A stretch of DNA of 63,765 bases, counting the filler. It is 9 parts of 9 records of this genome, joined end to end, with 100 filler letters (N's around TTAATTAATTAA, not from the genome) between each part and the next. Parts side by side here need not be neighbours in the genome. Positions count along the whole stretch, not along the records: positions 1 to 6,702 come from SRR31156797_72096; positions 6,803 to 12,333 come from SRR31156797_72140; 7 more parts are not named here. The stretch is one strand, 5' to 3'. Below are positions 1-8,762 of this stretch, one piece after another (positions within the stretch are counted from its first letter, which is position 1; every line of letters starts with the position of its first letter). A program made the translations under genes and the position numbers. The notes under the pieces are model-generated. The model was not told the DNA's origin. It saw nothing but the letters and a program-made list of their open reading frames with translations, and ran no database searches.

Positions 1-760
1 CGTTCTTTCCGGCGATCAGCCTGAGCCCCTCGAGGATAAGCCAGGGCTCGGTCAGGGTGAAACGGTCCGTCAGAGGGGCGATAACCGCGGCCCGCCCGCC
101 CGTTCCTATAACCGCGGCGTCTCCGCCCAGTTCCCCGCGCATCCTGTCGATCAGCTTCTCCACCAGACCCGTATAACCCAGCACGACCCCGGACTGAATG
201 GACTTGATGGTATTGGTCCCGATGGCCCTTTTCGGTGGTTCCAGCCAGACCTGGGGCAGCTGCGCCGTATGCTCGGAGAGAGCTGCGGCCGCCGCATTGA
301 CCCCCGGCGCGATGGAGACGCCCAGGATCTCTCCCGGTTCCCGGATGGCCGTAAAGGTCAGGGCCGTTCCGAAATCGACGACGATGCAGTTTCCCTGGAT
401 GCGGTTATACGCCGCCACCGAGTTGCAGACGATATCCGTTCCCAGTTCCGCCGGATTCTCGATCAGGATCTTCAGCCCCGTTTTTACCCCGGGCCCCACG
501 ATCAGGGGCTCGAAGCCGGCCATTCCCTGAATCATGTCCCTGATCTTTTCCGTCAGTCCCGGAACCACCGAACTGATAACGGCCTGGGAGATGGAGGAGC
601 GCTCGATCCCCCCCTCCTTGAGAAGGTCCCTCACAAGGACCCCGTACTCGTCGGGCATCTTCGAGACATCCGTGCTGATGCGCCAGTGGTTCCTCCAGCT
701 CTCGCCGTCATGGAGCCCCATGACGATGTTCGTGTTTCCTATATCAACCGCAAGAAGCAT
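1..760 (-). CDS. coaX: Type III pantothenate kinase (3' end runs off the window; missing from the ORF track)
   Basis: Manual minus-strand translation from ATG at 760 gives MLLAVDIGNTNIVMG, an internal IVVDFGTALT motif and C-terminal EPWLILEGL. The start overlaps the stop of the S-component gene. Confidence 0.92.
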   Translation of the reverse strand, partial: MLLAVDIGNTNIVMGLHDGESWRNHWRISTDVSKMPDEYGVLVRDLLKEGGIERSSISQAVISSVVPGLTEKIRDMIQGMAGFEPLIVGPGVKTGLKILIENPAELGTDIVCNSVAAYNRIQGNCIVVDFGTALTFTAIREPGEILGVSIAPGVNAAAAALSEHTAQLPQVWLEPPKRAIGTNTIKSIQSGVVLGYTGLVEKLIDRMRGELGGDAAVIGTGGRAAVIAPLTDRFTLTEPWLILEGLRLIAGKN

Positions 761-1341
761 TACTCATCGTCCTCCAGCTCATCCAGCCTGGACTTCCTTC
801 CCTTGCGCTCCACCGCATGCCAGGAGAGGATAACGGCCGTGGCGATCACGGCGGCGGCGCCGGCTTCGGGCAGACCGTTGGCCGTGGTGATGGCGATGAC
901 CAGGGGCCAGGGGATGGCACCGGCCAGGGCCAGGGCACCCAGAACCAGAAGGGTATTGGTCAGGCTTCCCGCGATGGCGGCCAGAACCGTGGAGAGGCCC
1001 ATCAGCTTTCCGCGGAAGGCCACGAATACCAGCCAGCTGACCAGGCCGATGATGATCCTGGGGAGCACGGAGATCAGCGGGTTCACAAAGAATACGTCCA
1101 CCGGTCCCGTGGGAGCGACGGCGGCCTGGATGAGGCTGAACAGACCGAAGATGAGTCCGGTTATCATACCGACCACCGGTCCCTCCAGAATCGCCCCGAT
1201 GATAACCGGGACGTGCATGACCGTCAAAGAAGCGCCTGAAAACCAGGGGATGAAACCGAGCCTGGTAGCTCCCAGCACGATGGAAACGGCGGCCATGACC
1301 CCGGTGATAACAATCTTTCTCGTTCGTCCTGTATCCGACAT
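760..1341 (-). CDS. panT: ECF transporter S component, probably pantothenate-specific (PanT-like)
   Basis: 193 aa hydrophobic protein with LGFIP...LTVMHVPVIIGAILEGP and NPLISVLPR motifs; adjacent to coaX. Confidence 0.8.
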   Translation of the reverse strand: MSDTGRTRKIVITGVMAAVSIVLGATRLGFIPWFSGASLTVMHVPVIIGAILEGPVVGMITGLIFGLFSLIQAAVAPTGPVDVFFVNPLISVLPRIIIGLVSWLVFVAFRGKLMGLSTVLAAIAGSLTNTLLVLGALALAGAIPWPLVIAITTANGLPEAGAAAVIATAVILSWHAVERKGRKSRLDELEDDE

Positions 1342-1382
1342 AAAAAAACCTCCTGAAATAACTCTATTCTCATATCCGATGT

Positions 1383-2213
1383 CTATATAAGGATTCTTCT
1401 GATCGTCATCAGAACAACCGCAATAACCGTAATGCCCAGGGCCAGGCTGTCGTCCCCGGTCCAGGAATACTCCTCCATCCGGCTCCTCTCCCGACCGGGT
1501 TCGTAACAGCGGGCCTCCATAGCCTCCACAAGGATCTCCGCCCTCTCCAGAGCCGCCGTGAACAGGGGGACGAGCAGGGGCAGATAGAGCCGCATCTTCT
1601 TCACGGGCCCCGTCTTCCAGGTTCCGAAGGATGCCCCCCGGGATGCCTGGGCCTTGGTGATATGCTCAGCCTCCATGGCCAGAAGGGGGATGAAGCGGAA
1701 GGTGATGGTGATGACCAGCGCCGCGTCATGGGAGAATCCTCTCCTTCCGAAGGGACGGAGGAGGAGCTCTGTCCCGTGGCTGATCTGTGAGACGCTGCTG
1801 ACCGAGGTAAAAAGGGTGAAGAGCAGGAAGAGACAGAAGAAACGACTGAAAATCCTGGCTGAGAAGAGCAGATCCTCCCTGTATATCCCGAAGCGCCCCA
1901 GAGAGAAGAGCGCGCCGCCGTCGTGGGCCCTGGGGATGAAGAAGACCTGGATGGCCACGATCAGGATCAGAAAGGGCAGCACGGGACGGACCCCGCGCAG
2001 CAGGGAACGCAGCCTCAGACCCGCCAGACGGGCGAAGAGGGCTATCAGCAGAAAGAGCAGGGGCATCTCCGGAAAGAGGGGGCTGATAAACACGGAAACC
2101 GTAAGGAGGAGGAGAGATCCTATCTTCAAAGCCGGATTGAGCCTGTGCACCCGGGTGTCCAGAGGCCTGTAGCTGCCGAAGGAGAAGTTCTGCAGGAGTT
2201 CGAAATCGTTCAT
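1383..2213 (-). CDS. ecfT: ECF transporter transmembrane T component
   Basis: VHRLNP at the N-terminus, RFIPLL, and both Arg motifs (AQASRG, MEARCY). Confidence 0.92.
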   Translation of the reverse strand: MNDFELLQNFSFGSYRPLDTRVHRLNPALKIGSLLLLTVSVFISPLFPEMPLLFLLIALFARLAGLRLRSLLRGVRPVLPFLILIVAIQVFFIPRAHDGGALFSLGRFGIYREDLLFSARIFSRFFCLFLLFTLFTSVSSVSQISHGTELLLRPFGRRGFSHDAALVITITFRFIPLLAMEAEHITKAQASRGASFGTWKTGPVKKMRLYLPLLVPLFTAALERAEILVEAMEARCYEPGRERSRMEEYSWTGDDSLALGITVIAVVLMTIRRILI

Positions 2214-3961
2214 GCGCCCCCCTCGGACACGGGGATCCCCCGTCCCAGCGCATCGGCCAGATCCTGCGGGGTAAGGGGAAGGTCGGCGGGATCGCAGCCC
2301 GCCCTGAGGGCGATCCTGGCGGCCAGGGGATATTCCAGTCCCAGATCCTCGGGATTCAGGGTACTGAAAAAACCGGAGGGAGCTCCGTCATAGACGATAC
2401 GCCCCTCGGCGAAAACGGCGAATCGGTCGGGTGCCAGCCGCAGAGCCTGCTCCACGCTGTGGGTCACTGTGACCAGGGTGGTCCCCTTCTCCCTGAGGGA
2501 GAGGAGCATATCCTCCAACTGGCGGGCCGAGAAGGGATCCAGACCGGCGGAGGGCTCGTCCAGAAGAAGGATCTCCGGCTCCATGGCCAGTATGCCCGCC
2601 AGGGCGGCCTTTCTTTTCCGGCCGCCGCTGAGGGCCCTGACCGGCACATCCTTGAACTCCCTGTAAGAGAGTCCGGCCGTTTCCATGGCGTCCCTCACAC
2701 GCAGGGCCAGCGCCCGCCCCTCCAGTCCCTGCATACGGGGGCCGAAGGCCACGTCGTCCCCGGTCAGGGGGGCGAAGAGCTGCTTCTCGGGCTGCTGCAT
2801 TACCAGGGCGACCCGGGTCCTCAGGGCCGTCAGATCGCAGCCCTTGTCCAGAGGATTCTCTCCCAGTATGGAGATCTCCCCCTTATCGGGCAGAAGGAGA
2901 CCGTTCAGCAGCTGCAGAAAGGTGGATTTCCCCGAGCCCGTCCTTCCCAGGACGGCAAGGGATTCCCCCCGGCGGAGGGAGAAGTCCACATCCCTCAGGG
3001 CGATCACGGGATCGTCGCTCTTCACCGAATAGCTTCGCCCCGCGCCGCTTAGACGGATAAGCTCTTCCCCGGCGACGGTCTCAGTCCCGTCGGCCGCGAC
3101 GGATGGGGTCTCCACCGGGACGGGACGGCAGCGAAGACCGGTTCCGTCCAGCCGGGAGATCAGTTCCTCTTCGTTTGTTCCGGCTGTGAAGGATGTCCCC
3201 GGCAGAGCCTTCTCCAGGAGAACACCCAACTCAGCGGCGGGAGGGAGGCACAGGTTCCAGCCTTCCAGAACCGAATCGGGTTCAAGGAAGATCTCCCGTC
3301 CCCCCTGGCGGACGAGCTTTCCCTCGTGTAGGACCAGGATATTATCGGCCCGGGCGGCCTGTTCCATGAAATGGGTGATTCTTATAATGGTGTAGCCCCG
3401 GGCGTGGAGATCATCCAGCAGCCGGTCCAGACGGATGCGCCCCAGGGGATTGAGCATGGACTCCGCTTCATCGAGGATTAAACAACGCGATCCCATGGCC
3501 ATGACCCCGGCCAGGGCCAGACGCTGCTGCTGGCCGGCCGAGAGCTGATGGGTTCCCCTGAGGGAGAGGGGGGAAAGGGAAAGGGAGTTCAGGGCGCTCT
3601 CCACCCGGCCGCGGATCTCCGCGCTGTCCAGGGCCAGGTTCTCGGGACCGAAGGCCGTATCCTCACGGACTACGGTGGCGACGATCTGTGTGGAAGGGTT
3701 CTGAAAGACCAGCCCCGCCCTCTTGCGGATGGCCCTGTGCTCGGAAGGGTCGGCCGTGCTCCGGCCGTCCACGTGTATCCGTCCCCCGTCGGGAATCAGC
3801 AATCCCGTTATCAGACGGGAGAGGGTGCTCTTCCCCGAACCGTTCCCCCCTATGACCGCCGTATAGCTGCCGGCGGGGATGGACAGAGTGATCCCGGAGA
3901 GGGCCCGGTTCCGGCCCCGGGGATAGGAGTAGGAGACGTCCTTTAGTTCAACAATACCCAC
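2210..3961 (-). CDS. ecfA: Fused double ECF ATPase (EcfA-EcfA')
   Basis: Two ABC domains (GGNGSGKST / LSAGQ / ILDE and GRTGSGKST / LSGGR / LLDEP). The likely start is GTG at 3961 with GGAGG 7 nt upstream; the ORF track uses ATG 3982. Confidence 0.9.
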   Translation of the reverse strand: MGIVELKDVSYSYPRGRNRALSGITLSIPAGSYTAVIGGNGSGKSTLSRLITGLLIPDGGRIHVDGRSTADPSEHRAIRKRAGLVFQNPSTQIVATVVREDTAFGPENLALDSAEIRGRVESALNSLSLSPLSLRGTHQLSAGQQQRLALAGVMAMGSRCLILDEAESMLNPLGRIRLDRLLDDLHARGYTIIRITHFMEQAARADNILVLHEGKLVRQGGREIFLEPDSVLEGWNLCLPPAAELGVLLEKALPGTSFTAGTNEEELISRLDGTGLRCRPVPVETPSVAADGTETVAGEELIRLSGAGRSYSVKSDDPVIALRDVDFSLRRGESLAVLGRTGSGKSTFLQLLNGLLLPDKGEISILGENPLDKGCDLTALRTRVALVMQQPEKQLFAPLTGDDVAFGPRMQGLEGRALALRVRDAMETAGLSYREFKDVPVRALSGGRKRKAALAGILAMEPEILLLDEPSAGLDPFSARQLEDMLLSLREKGTTLVTVTHSVEQALRLAPDRFAVFAEGRIVYDGAPSGFFSTLNPEDLGLEYPLAARIALRAGCDPADLPLTPQDLADALGRGIPVSEGGA

Positions 3962-4025
3962 GTCGCATCCTCCGGAATTCATACCGGCCGGACGGAGAGG
4001 AGGGGGACATTAATCTGTGTTTCAT
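3948..4025 (-). CDS. Candidate 25-aa leader peptide MKHRLMSPSSPSGRYEFRRMRRGYC overlapping the ecfA start
   Basis: GAGGTG Shine-Dalgarno 7 nt before ATG at 4025; TGA at 3948-3950 lies inside the first codons of ecfA. Confidence 0.35.
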   Translation of the reverse strand: MKHRLMSPSSPSGRYEFRRMRRGYC

Positions 4026-4039
4026 ATGTGTTCACCTCA

Positions 4040-4068
4040 ACGTCCCGGTCCTTAACGGATCCAGGCGC
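4040..4068 (-). ncRNA. pan RNA motif-like hairpin with two bulged A residues in the 5' UTR of the ecfA-ecfT-panT-coaX operon
   Basis: GCG-CCUGG-A-UCC-[GUUAA]-GGA-CCGGG-A-CGU folds into one stem with a bulged A on each strand, the described hallmark of pan RNAs; lies upstream of pantothenate genes. Confidence 0.7.
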
Positions 4069-4080
4069 ACCGGTACTATT

Positions 4081-4109
4081 AAGATATCAGGAGGGACGGG
4101 GCGGGTCAA
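4081..4109 (-). promoter_or_regulatory. sigma70 promoter for the ECF-coaX operon
   Basis: TTGACC-N17-TATCTT with an extended TG, just upstream of the pan hairpin. Confidence 0.6.
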
Positions 4110-4124
4110 GAAGGTCAGACGCCG

Positions 4125-4154
4125 TTGACGCTGAATATCGTGAGGGCGTACAAT
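4125..4154 (+). promoter_or_regulatory. sigma70 promoter, probably giving a leaderless mRNA for the sulfatase maturase
   Basis: TTGACG-N18-TACAAT; ATG follows 6 nt after the -10 box; no Shine-Dalgarno. Confidence 0.6.
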
Positions 4155-4160
4155 CCCCGT

Positions 4161-5273
4161 ATGAAACCATTTACCCTGCTGATCAAACCGGCCTCGGCCG
4201 ACTGCAACCTCCGCTGCAGTTACTGCTTCTACCTCGACCATATCTGCGAGGGCCGCAGCACCAGGATGAACGACAAAACCCTGGAGGCCATGATCCGATC
4301 CTATATGAAGACCTCCCAGCCCCAGTACTCCCTGGCCTTTCAGGGGGGGGAACCGACCCTTATGGGCGTGGATTTTTTCAGAAAGGTGGTGGAGCTGGAG
4401 AAGAAGCACGCTCCCCCCGGAGCCTCCATAGCCAACGCCGTTCAGACGAACGGCACCCTGATCAACGACGAGATGGCCGCTTTCTTCGGGGAGTACAACT
4501 TCCTTATGGGCGTCAGTATGGACGGCCCGCCGGAGATCCATGACCACTACCGGAAAACCGCGGGCAAAGAGGGCAGCCATCACCTGGTGCAGAGGGGACT
4601 GGATAAGCTGAAGAAACACAATGTGGAATACAATATACTTGTCCTGGTCAACGATCTTGTCAGCCGCGATCCGGGGCTGATCTATGACTACTTTTACAAT
4701 AAAGGCGAGAGATTCCTGCAGTTCATCCCCTGTGTGGAGTTTGGGGAGGACGGCGTGACGCCCCTCTCCTACTCGGTGGCCCCCGAAGCCTGGGGAGACT
4801 TCCTGATCGGGATATTCGACCGCTGGTATGAAAACCGCTACCAGGTCTCCATCAGGATGTTCGACTCCCTCCTGAACAAGATGGTCCTGGGGTTCCCCAC
4901 CACCTGCGATATGGACAGGAACTGCTGCCAGTACTTCGTCGTGGAGTACGACGGCTCGGTCTATCCCTGCGATTTCTTCGTCCGGGACGATCTGAAGCTG
5001 GGCAATGTCAAATCCGGCGGCTGGGATTCCTTCCTGAAGCACAAGACATACAGGGATTTCGGTGCCGGGAAGCTCCGGTTCGATCCGGCCTGCCGCGACT
5101 GCAGCTGGCTGGAATACTGCCAGGGAGACTGCCAGAAGAATCGTCCGGGGAGCGGGAACCGCGGCCTCTCCCATCTCTGTCCCGGATTGAAGAAGTTCTA
5201 CGCCCATGCCATGCCCCGCCTCAGGACCATGGCGGATCAGATAATCATGGACCGATCCCGCAGCAGGATGTAG
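4161..5273 (+). CDS. Anaerobic sulfatase maturase (anSME/AslB/ChuR family radical SAM-SPASM)
   Basis: IKPASADCNLRCSYCFY, FQGGEPTL, QTNGTL, YPCDFFV and a C-terminal SPASM cysteine set. Start taken as ATG 4161. Confidence 0.9.
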   Translation: MKPFTLLIKPASADCNLRCSYCFYLDHICEGRSTRMNDKTLEAMIRSYMKTSQPQYSLAFQGGEPTLMGVDFFRKVVELEKKHAPPGASIANAVQTNGTLINDEMAAFFGEYNFLMGVSMDGPPEIHDHYRKTAGKEGSHHLVQRGLDKLKKHNVEYNILVLVNDLVSRDPGLIYDYFYNKGERFLQFIPCVEFGEDGVTPLSYSVAPEAWGDFLIGIFDRWYENRYQVSIRMFDSLLNKMVLGFPTTCDMDRNCCQYFVVEYDGSVYPCDFFVRDDLKLGNVKSGGWDSFLKHKTYRDFGAGKLRFDPACRDCSWLEYCQGDCQKNRPGSGNRGLSHLCPGLKKFYAHAMPRLRTMADQIIMDRSRSRM

Positions 5274-5444
5274 TATCCCGGAAAAAGCATGGCCCCGAAT
5301 GCTTTCGGTGCCTCTCCCGTAATGGATTTTTTATATCCGAAAGGCTATACTGCCCTTTAATTAAAAGAAAGAACTGAGGGACCTCTCAGCCGGCGGGGGC
5401 AGCCGCCCCCTGAGAAGTCCCCTGAACGAAGGAGTATCTCGCGC

Positions 5445-6368
5445 ATGAAACTGCAAGACAAGCCCCTGCTTATTCTGGACGGGGCCTGCGGAACCAGCAT
5501 CCAGAACATGACCCTGTCTCCCGAAACCTGGGACGGCCGGGAGGGCTGTAACGAGTACCTCTGCCTGAGGGCTCCGGACAAGATCATAGAAATGCACCGA
5601 GAATTCCTGGAGGCCGGTGCGGATATCATCGAAACCAACAGCTTCGGCGGAACCTCTATCGTTCTGGGTGAATACGGCCTGGAAGACCGGGTCAGGGAGA
5701 TCAATCTGGCCGCGGCCGATTGCGCCCGGAAGGCGGTGGAACAGCACGGTTCAGGCTGGGTGGCCGGCTCGGTGGGACCGGGGACCAAGCTCCCCTCCCT
5801 GGGGCACATCGACGTGGACGACCTGGCCGCCGCCTACAGAGAACAGATCGAGGCCCTGGCCGACGGCGGAGTCGATCTGCTGATTCTGGAGACGGCCCAG
5901 GACATTCTTCAAATCAAAACCGTACTGATCAGCGCCTTCGAAGTTCTGGAAGAGAAAAAGAAGGATATCCCCGTCATGTGTTCGGTCACCATCGAGAGTA
6001 CGGGCACCATGCTGGCGGGTACGGACATAGCCGCCGCGGCGGCTGTGATAGAGCCCTTCCCCGTCTTCTCTTTCGGCCTCAACTGCGCCACCGGACCTGA
6101 GGATATGCTCAGCTCCATCCGCTGGCTGAGCCACAACTGGCCCGGGCGGCTGTCCTGCCTGCCCAACCAGGGGCTGCCCGAGATCATAGAGGGCGTCACC
6201 ACCTACCCCATGACCCCGGAACACTACGCCCGGGAGATGAAGAGTTTTGTGGAAGAGTGGGGCATTTCCCTGGCCGGAGGCTGCTGCGGCACCACCCCGG
6301 CCCATATCGCCGAACTGAAGAAAAAACTGACCGGATCAACCCCCGCCGGCAGGGAGGTAAACGCATGA
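5445..6368 (+). CDS. metH: Methionine synthase, homocysteine-binding (Hcy S-methyltransferase) module of a split MetH
   Basis: LDGACGT, ETNSFG, GLNCATGP and GGCCGTTPAHI zinc ligands. Confidence 0.88.
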   Translation: MKLQDKPLLILDGACGTSIQNMTLSPETWDGREGCNEYLCLRAPDKIIEMHREFLEAGADIIETNSFGGTSIVLGEYGLEDRVREINLAAADCARKAVEQHGSGWVAGSVGPGTKLPSLGHIDVDDLAAAYREQIEALADGGVDLLILETAQDILQIKTVLISAFEVLEEKKKDIPVMCSVTIESTGTMLAGTDIAAAAAVIEPFPVFSFGLNCATGPEDMLSSIRWLSHNWPGRLSCLPNQGLPEIIEGVTTYPMTPEHYAREMKSFVEEWGISLAGGCCGTTPAHIAELKKKLTGSTPAGREVNA

Positions 6369-6702
6369 GACCCAGTATAGCCAGCCTCTATGAATCGGTG
6401 GAGCTCGTCCAGCCTATCCGCCCCCTGATCATCGGGGAGCGCTGCAACGCCAACGGCTCGAAGAAGTTCCGCGAGTGCCTTCTGGCAGACGACTACGAGA
6501 CCTGCCTCTCCATGGCCCGGGCCCAGGAGGCCGTGGGAGCCCATGTGATTGACCTCTGCACCGCCTACGCGGGACGGGACGAGATGAAGGATATGACCAC
6601 CCTGGTGACCTCCTTCGCCTCCTCCCTGAAAACGCCGCTGATGATAGACTCCACCACCCCCGAGGTGATAGAGCGGGCCCTGAAGATCTATCCGGGCCGC
6701 TG
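6365..6702 (+). CDS. metH: Methionine synthase, pterin-binding module onward (truncated at contig end)
   Basis: LIIGERCNANGSKKFRE and PLMIDST; ATGA overlap with the upstream module. Confidence 0.85.
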
Positions 6703-6802
6703 NNNNNNNNNNNNNNNNNNNNNNNNNNNNNNNNNNNNNNNNNNNNTTAATTAATTAANNNNNNNNNNNNNNNNNNNNNNNNNNNNNNNNNNNNNNNNNN
6801 NN
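6703..6802. other. Artificial contig spacer
   Basis: 44 N + TTAATTAATTAA (stops in all six frames) + 44 N. Confidence 0.99.
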
Positions 6803-7480
6803 AAGGTTTTCCATTCTCGCCTTGGCAATCTCGGGTCTCCAGTTTTCCGTGGCGATCTTTGTGAAGTTGGCCTTGTCGGCGGAGCTCATGGGAGCGGGTC
6901 CCACGACGACCAGCTTGCCGGCGTCGATAAAAGGCTTCAGCACGGACATGGCGCCGTCGAAGAAAAAGTTGGCGTTATTGTCGGTGGGGGATCCGGCGAA
7001 CAGGGTGATGTACTTGGGTTCTGAAGCGTTAGCAAGGTCGAGGCCTGCGGCTATGCCTTCGCCCTGGAACTGGCCGACCTTAAAGTTGTCGAAGGTGATG
7101 TAGTAGTCGTAATCGCCGGAATTGGTGATCAGACGGTCGTAGGCGATAACCTCGATCCCGTCACGGGCGGCGTCTGCCACGACCGAGCCGACGCCCTCGT
7201 TAACGGAACCGACGACCAGAAGCTTGGCGCCCTTGGTTATAAAGTCATCGATCTGCTGATTCTGCTTGGACTGATCGGCATCCCCGAAGGAAACCTCGGC
7301 GACATATCCCATCTTCTCTGCCTGGGATTTGAGTTCGGCACCGTCCTGCTGCCATCTCTCGACATGTGTCTCGGGCATGGCCAGGCCGACATCGAGCCCG
7401 CCCTCGCTCTGTCCGTTCGCAAACAGGCTGCCACTGAACATAAGCGCTGCCGTCAGTGTTGCCAGAAGAATTTTTTTCAT
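6803..7480 (-). CDS. chvE: Sugar ABC transporter substrate-binding protein, ChvE/XylF family (3' truncated)
   Basis: Signal peptide ending FANGQSE; AMPETHVERWQQDG, IAYDRLI, FDNFKVG, GSPTDNNA. Confidence 0.8.
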
Positions 7481-7515
7481 TCTCAATACTCCTTTGAATA
7501 TGTGTTAATGAAAAA

Positions 7516-7580
7516 ATTGTATCTCCCCGATCATGCATCGCGAAACAGGAAAGATCTGCAATAATCTGTTCATTTCTGTT
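7516..7580 (-). promoter_or_regulatory. Activator-dependent promoter with three phased CAGA repeats (candidate YesN-type response regulator site)
   Basis: Minus strand AACAGAAATG AACAGATTAT TGCAGATCTT has an exact 10-bp period and lies upstream of a TACAAT -10 box (7516-7521). Confidence 0.5.
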
Positions 7581-7651
7581 ATTCTAAAGGGATAAGGAGG
7601 AGAGGACAGGACGATCCTTATGTCAGGATTGTACGGATCCGCAGGATAGTA

Positions 7652-8695
7652 CTATTCTGTCCCGATATTCCTGTAAACGTCCTCTCGGGAGTGGAAACCG
7701 TCCCTGATGATCGTCTCGTCCATCTGATCCTTGAAGACGGCGATGGGGATCTCCACATAGTAGGGGATTCCCTCTTCGGTTCCATTATCGAAGATCCTGT
7801 CGGGTTCGGGAAACCGCCCCCTCCCGAAGGCCACGGCCAGCTCGGCCGCCCGTGACGCCAGGCCGGGAATGGGCTTGTAAACGGTCATAAGCTGCGTCCC
7901 TTCCACCACTCTCTGACAGGAAAGGAGGTCAGCGTCCTGACCGACCACGGCTATCTTGCCGGCCAGCTGGCGCTCCGAAAGCAGCCGGATGGCCGCATCT
8001 GCGATCTGATCGTTCGCCGCCGAGATGGCGTCCACATGCTTTCCGCTCTCCAGGAAGGCCTCTATCTTCTCCAGAGCCTCGTCGAAGCTCCATTCATCCA
8101 GCCATATCTCCTCAATGATCCTGACGGCACCGGACTGGAGAGCCGGATTCAATACATCGTAAACCCCCGCGTTGACCTCATAGCTGTTATTGTCACGGAT
8201 CGATCCGTTAACGATAAGGTAGTCCCCCTCCGGAACCGTGTTCAGCAGGGCCTTGGAGAAGAGCCGGCCCACCTCCTTGTTGTCAAAGGAGATGTAACCC
8301 GAGATCGGCACTCCCATAATAGGACGGTCATAGGCGAGGACGGGGATCCCCTTGTCCTGCACCCTCTTGATGATCCCCGCGAGGATCTCCATATCCTGGG
8401 GGATGACGACGAGGACGTCTATGTCCTGATCCATCAGATACTGGATCTGCTGGACCTGCTCCCTCGCGTTTCCGGGAACCACCTGGACGTTGATCTCCGC
8501 TCCCAGGGCCCTGGCCTTGCTTGTGAATATCTTCTGATCCCGGTTCCACCTTTCCAGCAGATAGGTGTCCGACACCGATGAGAATCCGATTTTAACAGGT
8601 TCCGACTCGGTCTTCACACTATTCTTTTCAGAGCAGGAAGCGGCGAGGGTGATCAGTAGGACGACTACGGGAAAATACTGAAAAGCCTTTCTCAT
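7652..8695 (-). CDS. XylF-like sugar-binding lipoprotein
   Basis: Lipobox-like LAASC; LERWNRD, LAYDRPI, GQDADL and MTVYKPI motifs. Confidence 0.85.
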   Translation of the reverse strand: MRKAFQYFPVVVLLITLAASCSEKNSVKTESEPVKIGFSSVSDTYLLERWNRDQKIFTSKARALGAEINVQVVPGNAREQVQQIQYLMDQDIDVLVVIPQDMEILAGIIKRVQDKGIPVLAYDRPIMGVPISGYISFDNKEVGRLFSKALLNTVPEGDYLIVNGSIRDNNSYEVNAGVYDVLNPALQSGAVRIIEEIWLDEWSFDEALEKIEAFLESGKHVDAISAANDQIADAAIRLLSERQLAGKIAVVGQDADLLSCQRVVEGTQLMTVYKPIPGLASRAAELAVAFGRGRFPEPDRIFDNGTEEGIPYYVEIPIAVFKDQMDETIIRDGFHSREDVYRNIGTE

Positions 8696-8762
8696 GGATG
8701 TTCCTTTCTTTTACAGGCATGCCTTTCATCGGCATGGGCGGATACGACAGTTAAAGATTCTA

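Noticed and set aside
5333-5360. ATCCGAAAGG resembling the start of an SMK (SAM-III) box
   Set aside because: It lies in the promoter spacer upstream of the -10, and the downstream SMK elements are absent.
6366-6368. TGA between the metH modules as selenocysteine readthrough
   Set aside because: The second module is in a different frame and has its own ribosome site and ATG.
6747-6758. Recurring TTAATTAATTAA palindrome (8 copies) as a biological repeat
   Set aside because: Always centred in N runs; a synthetic six-frame stop linker.
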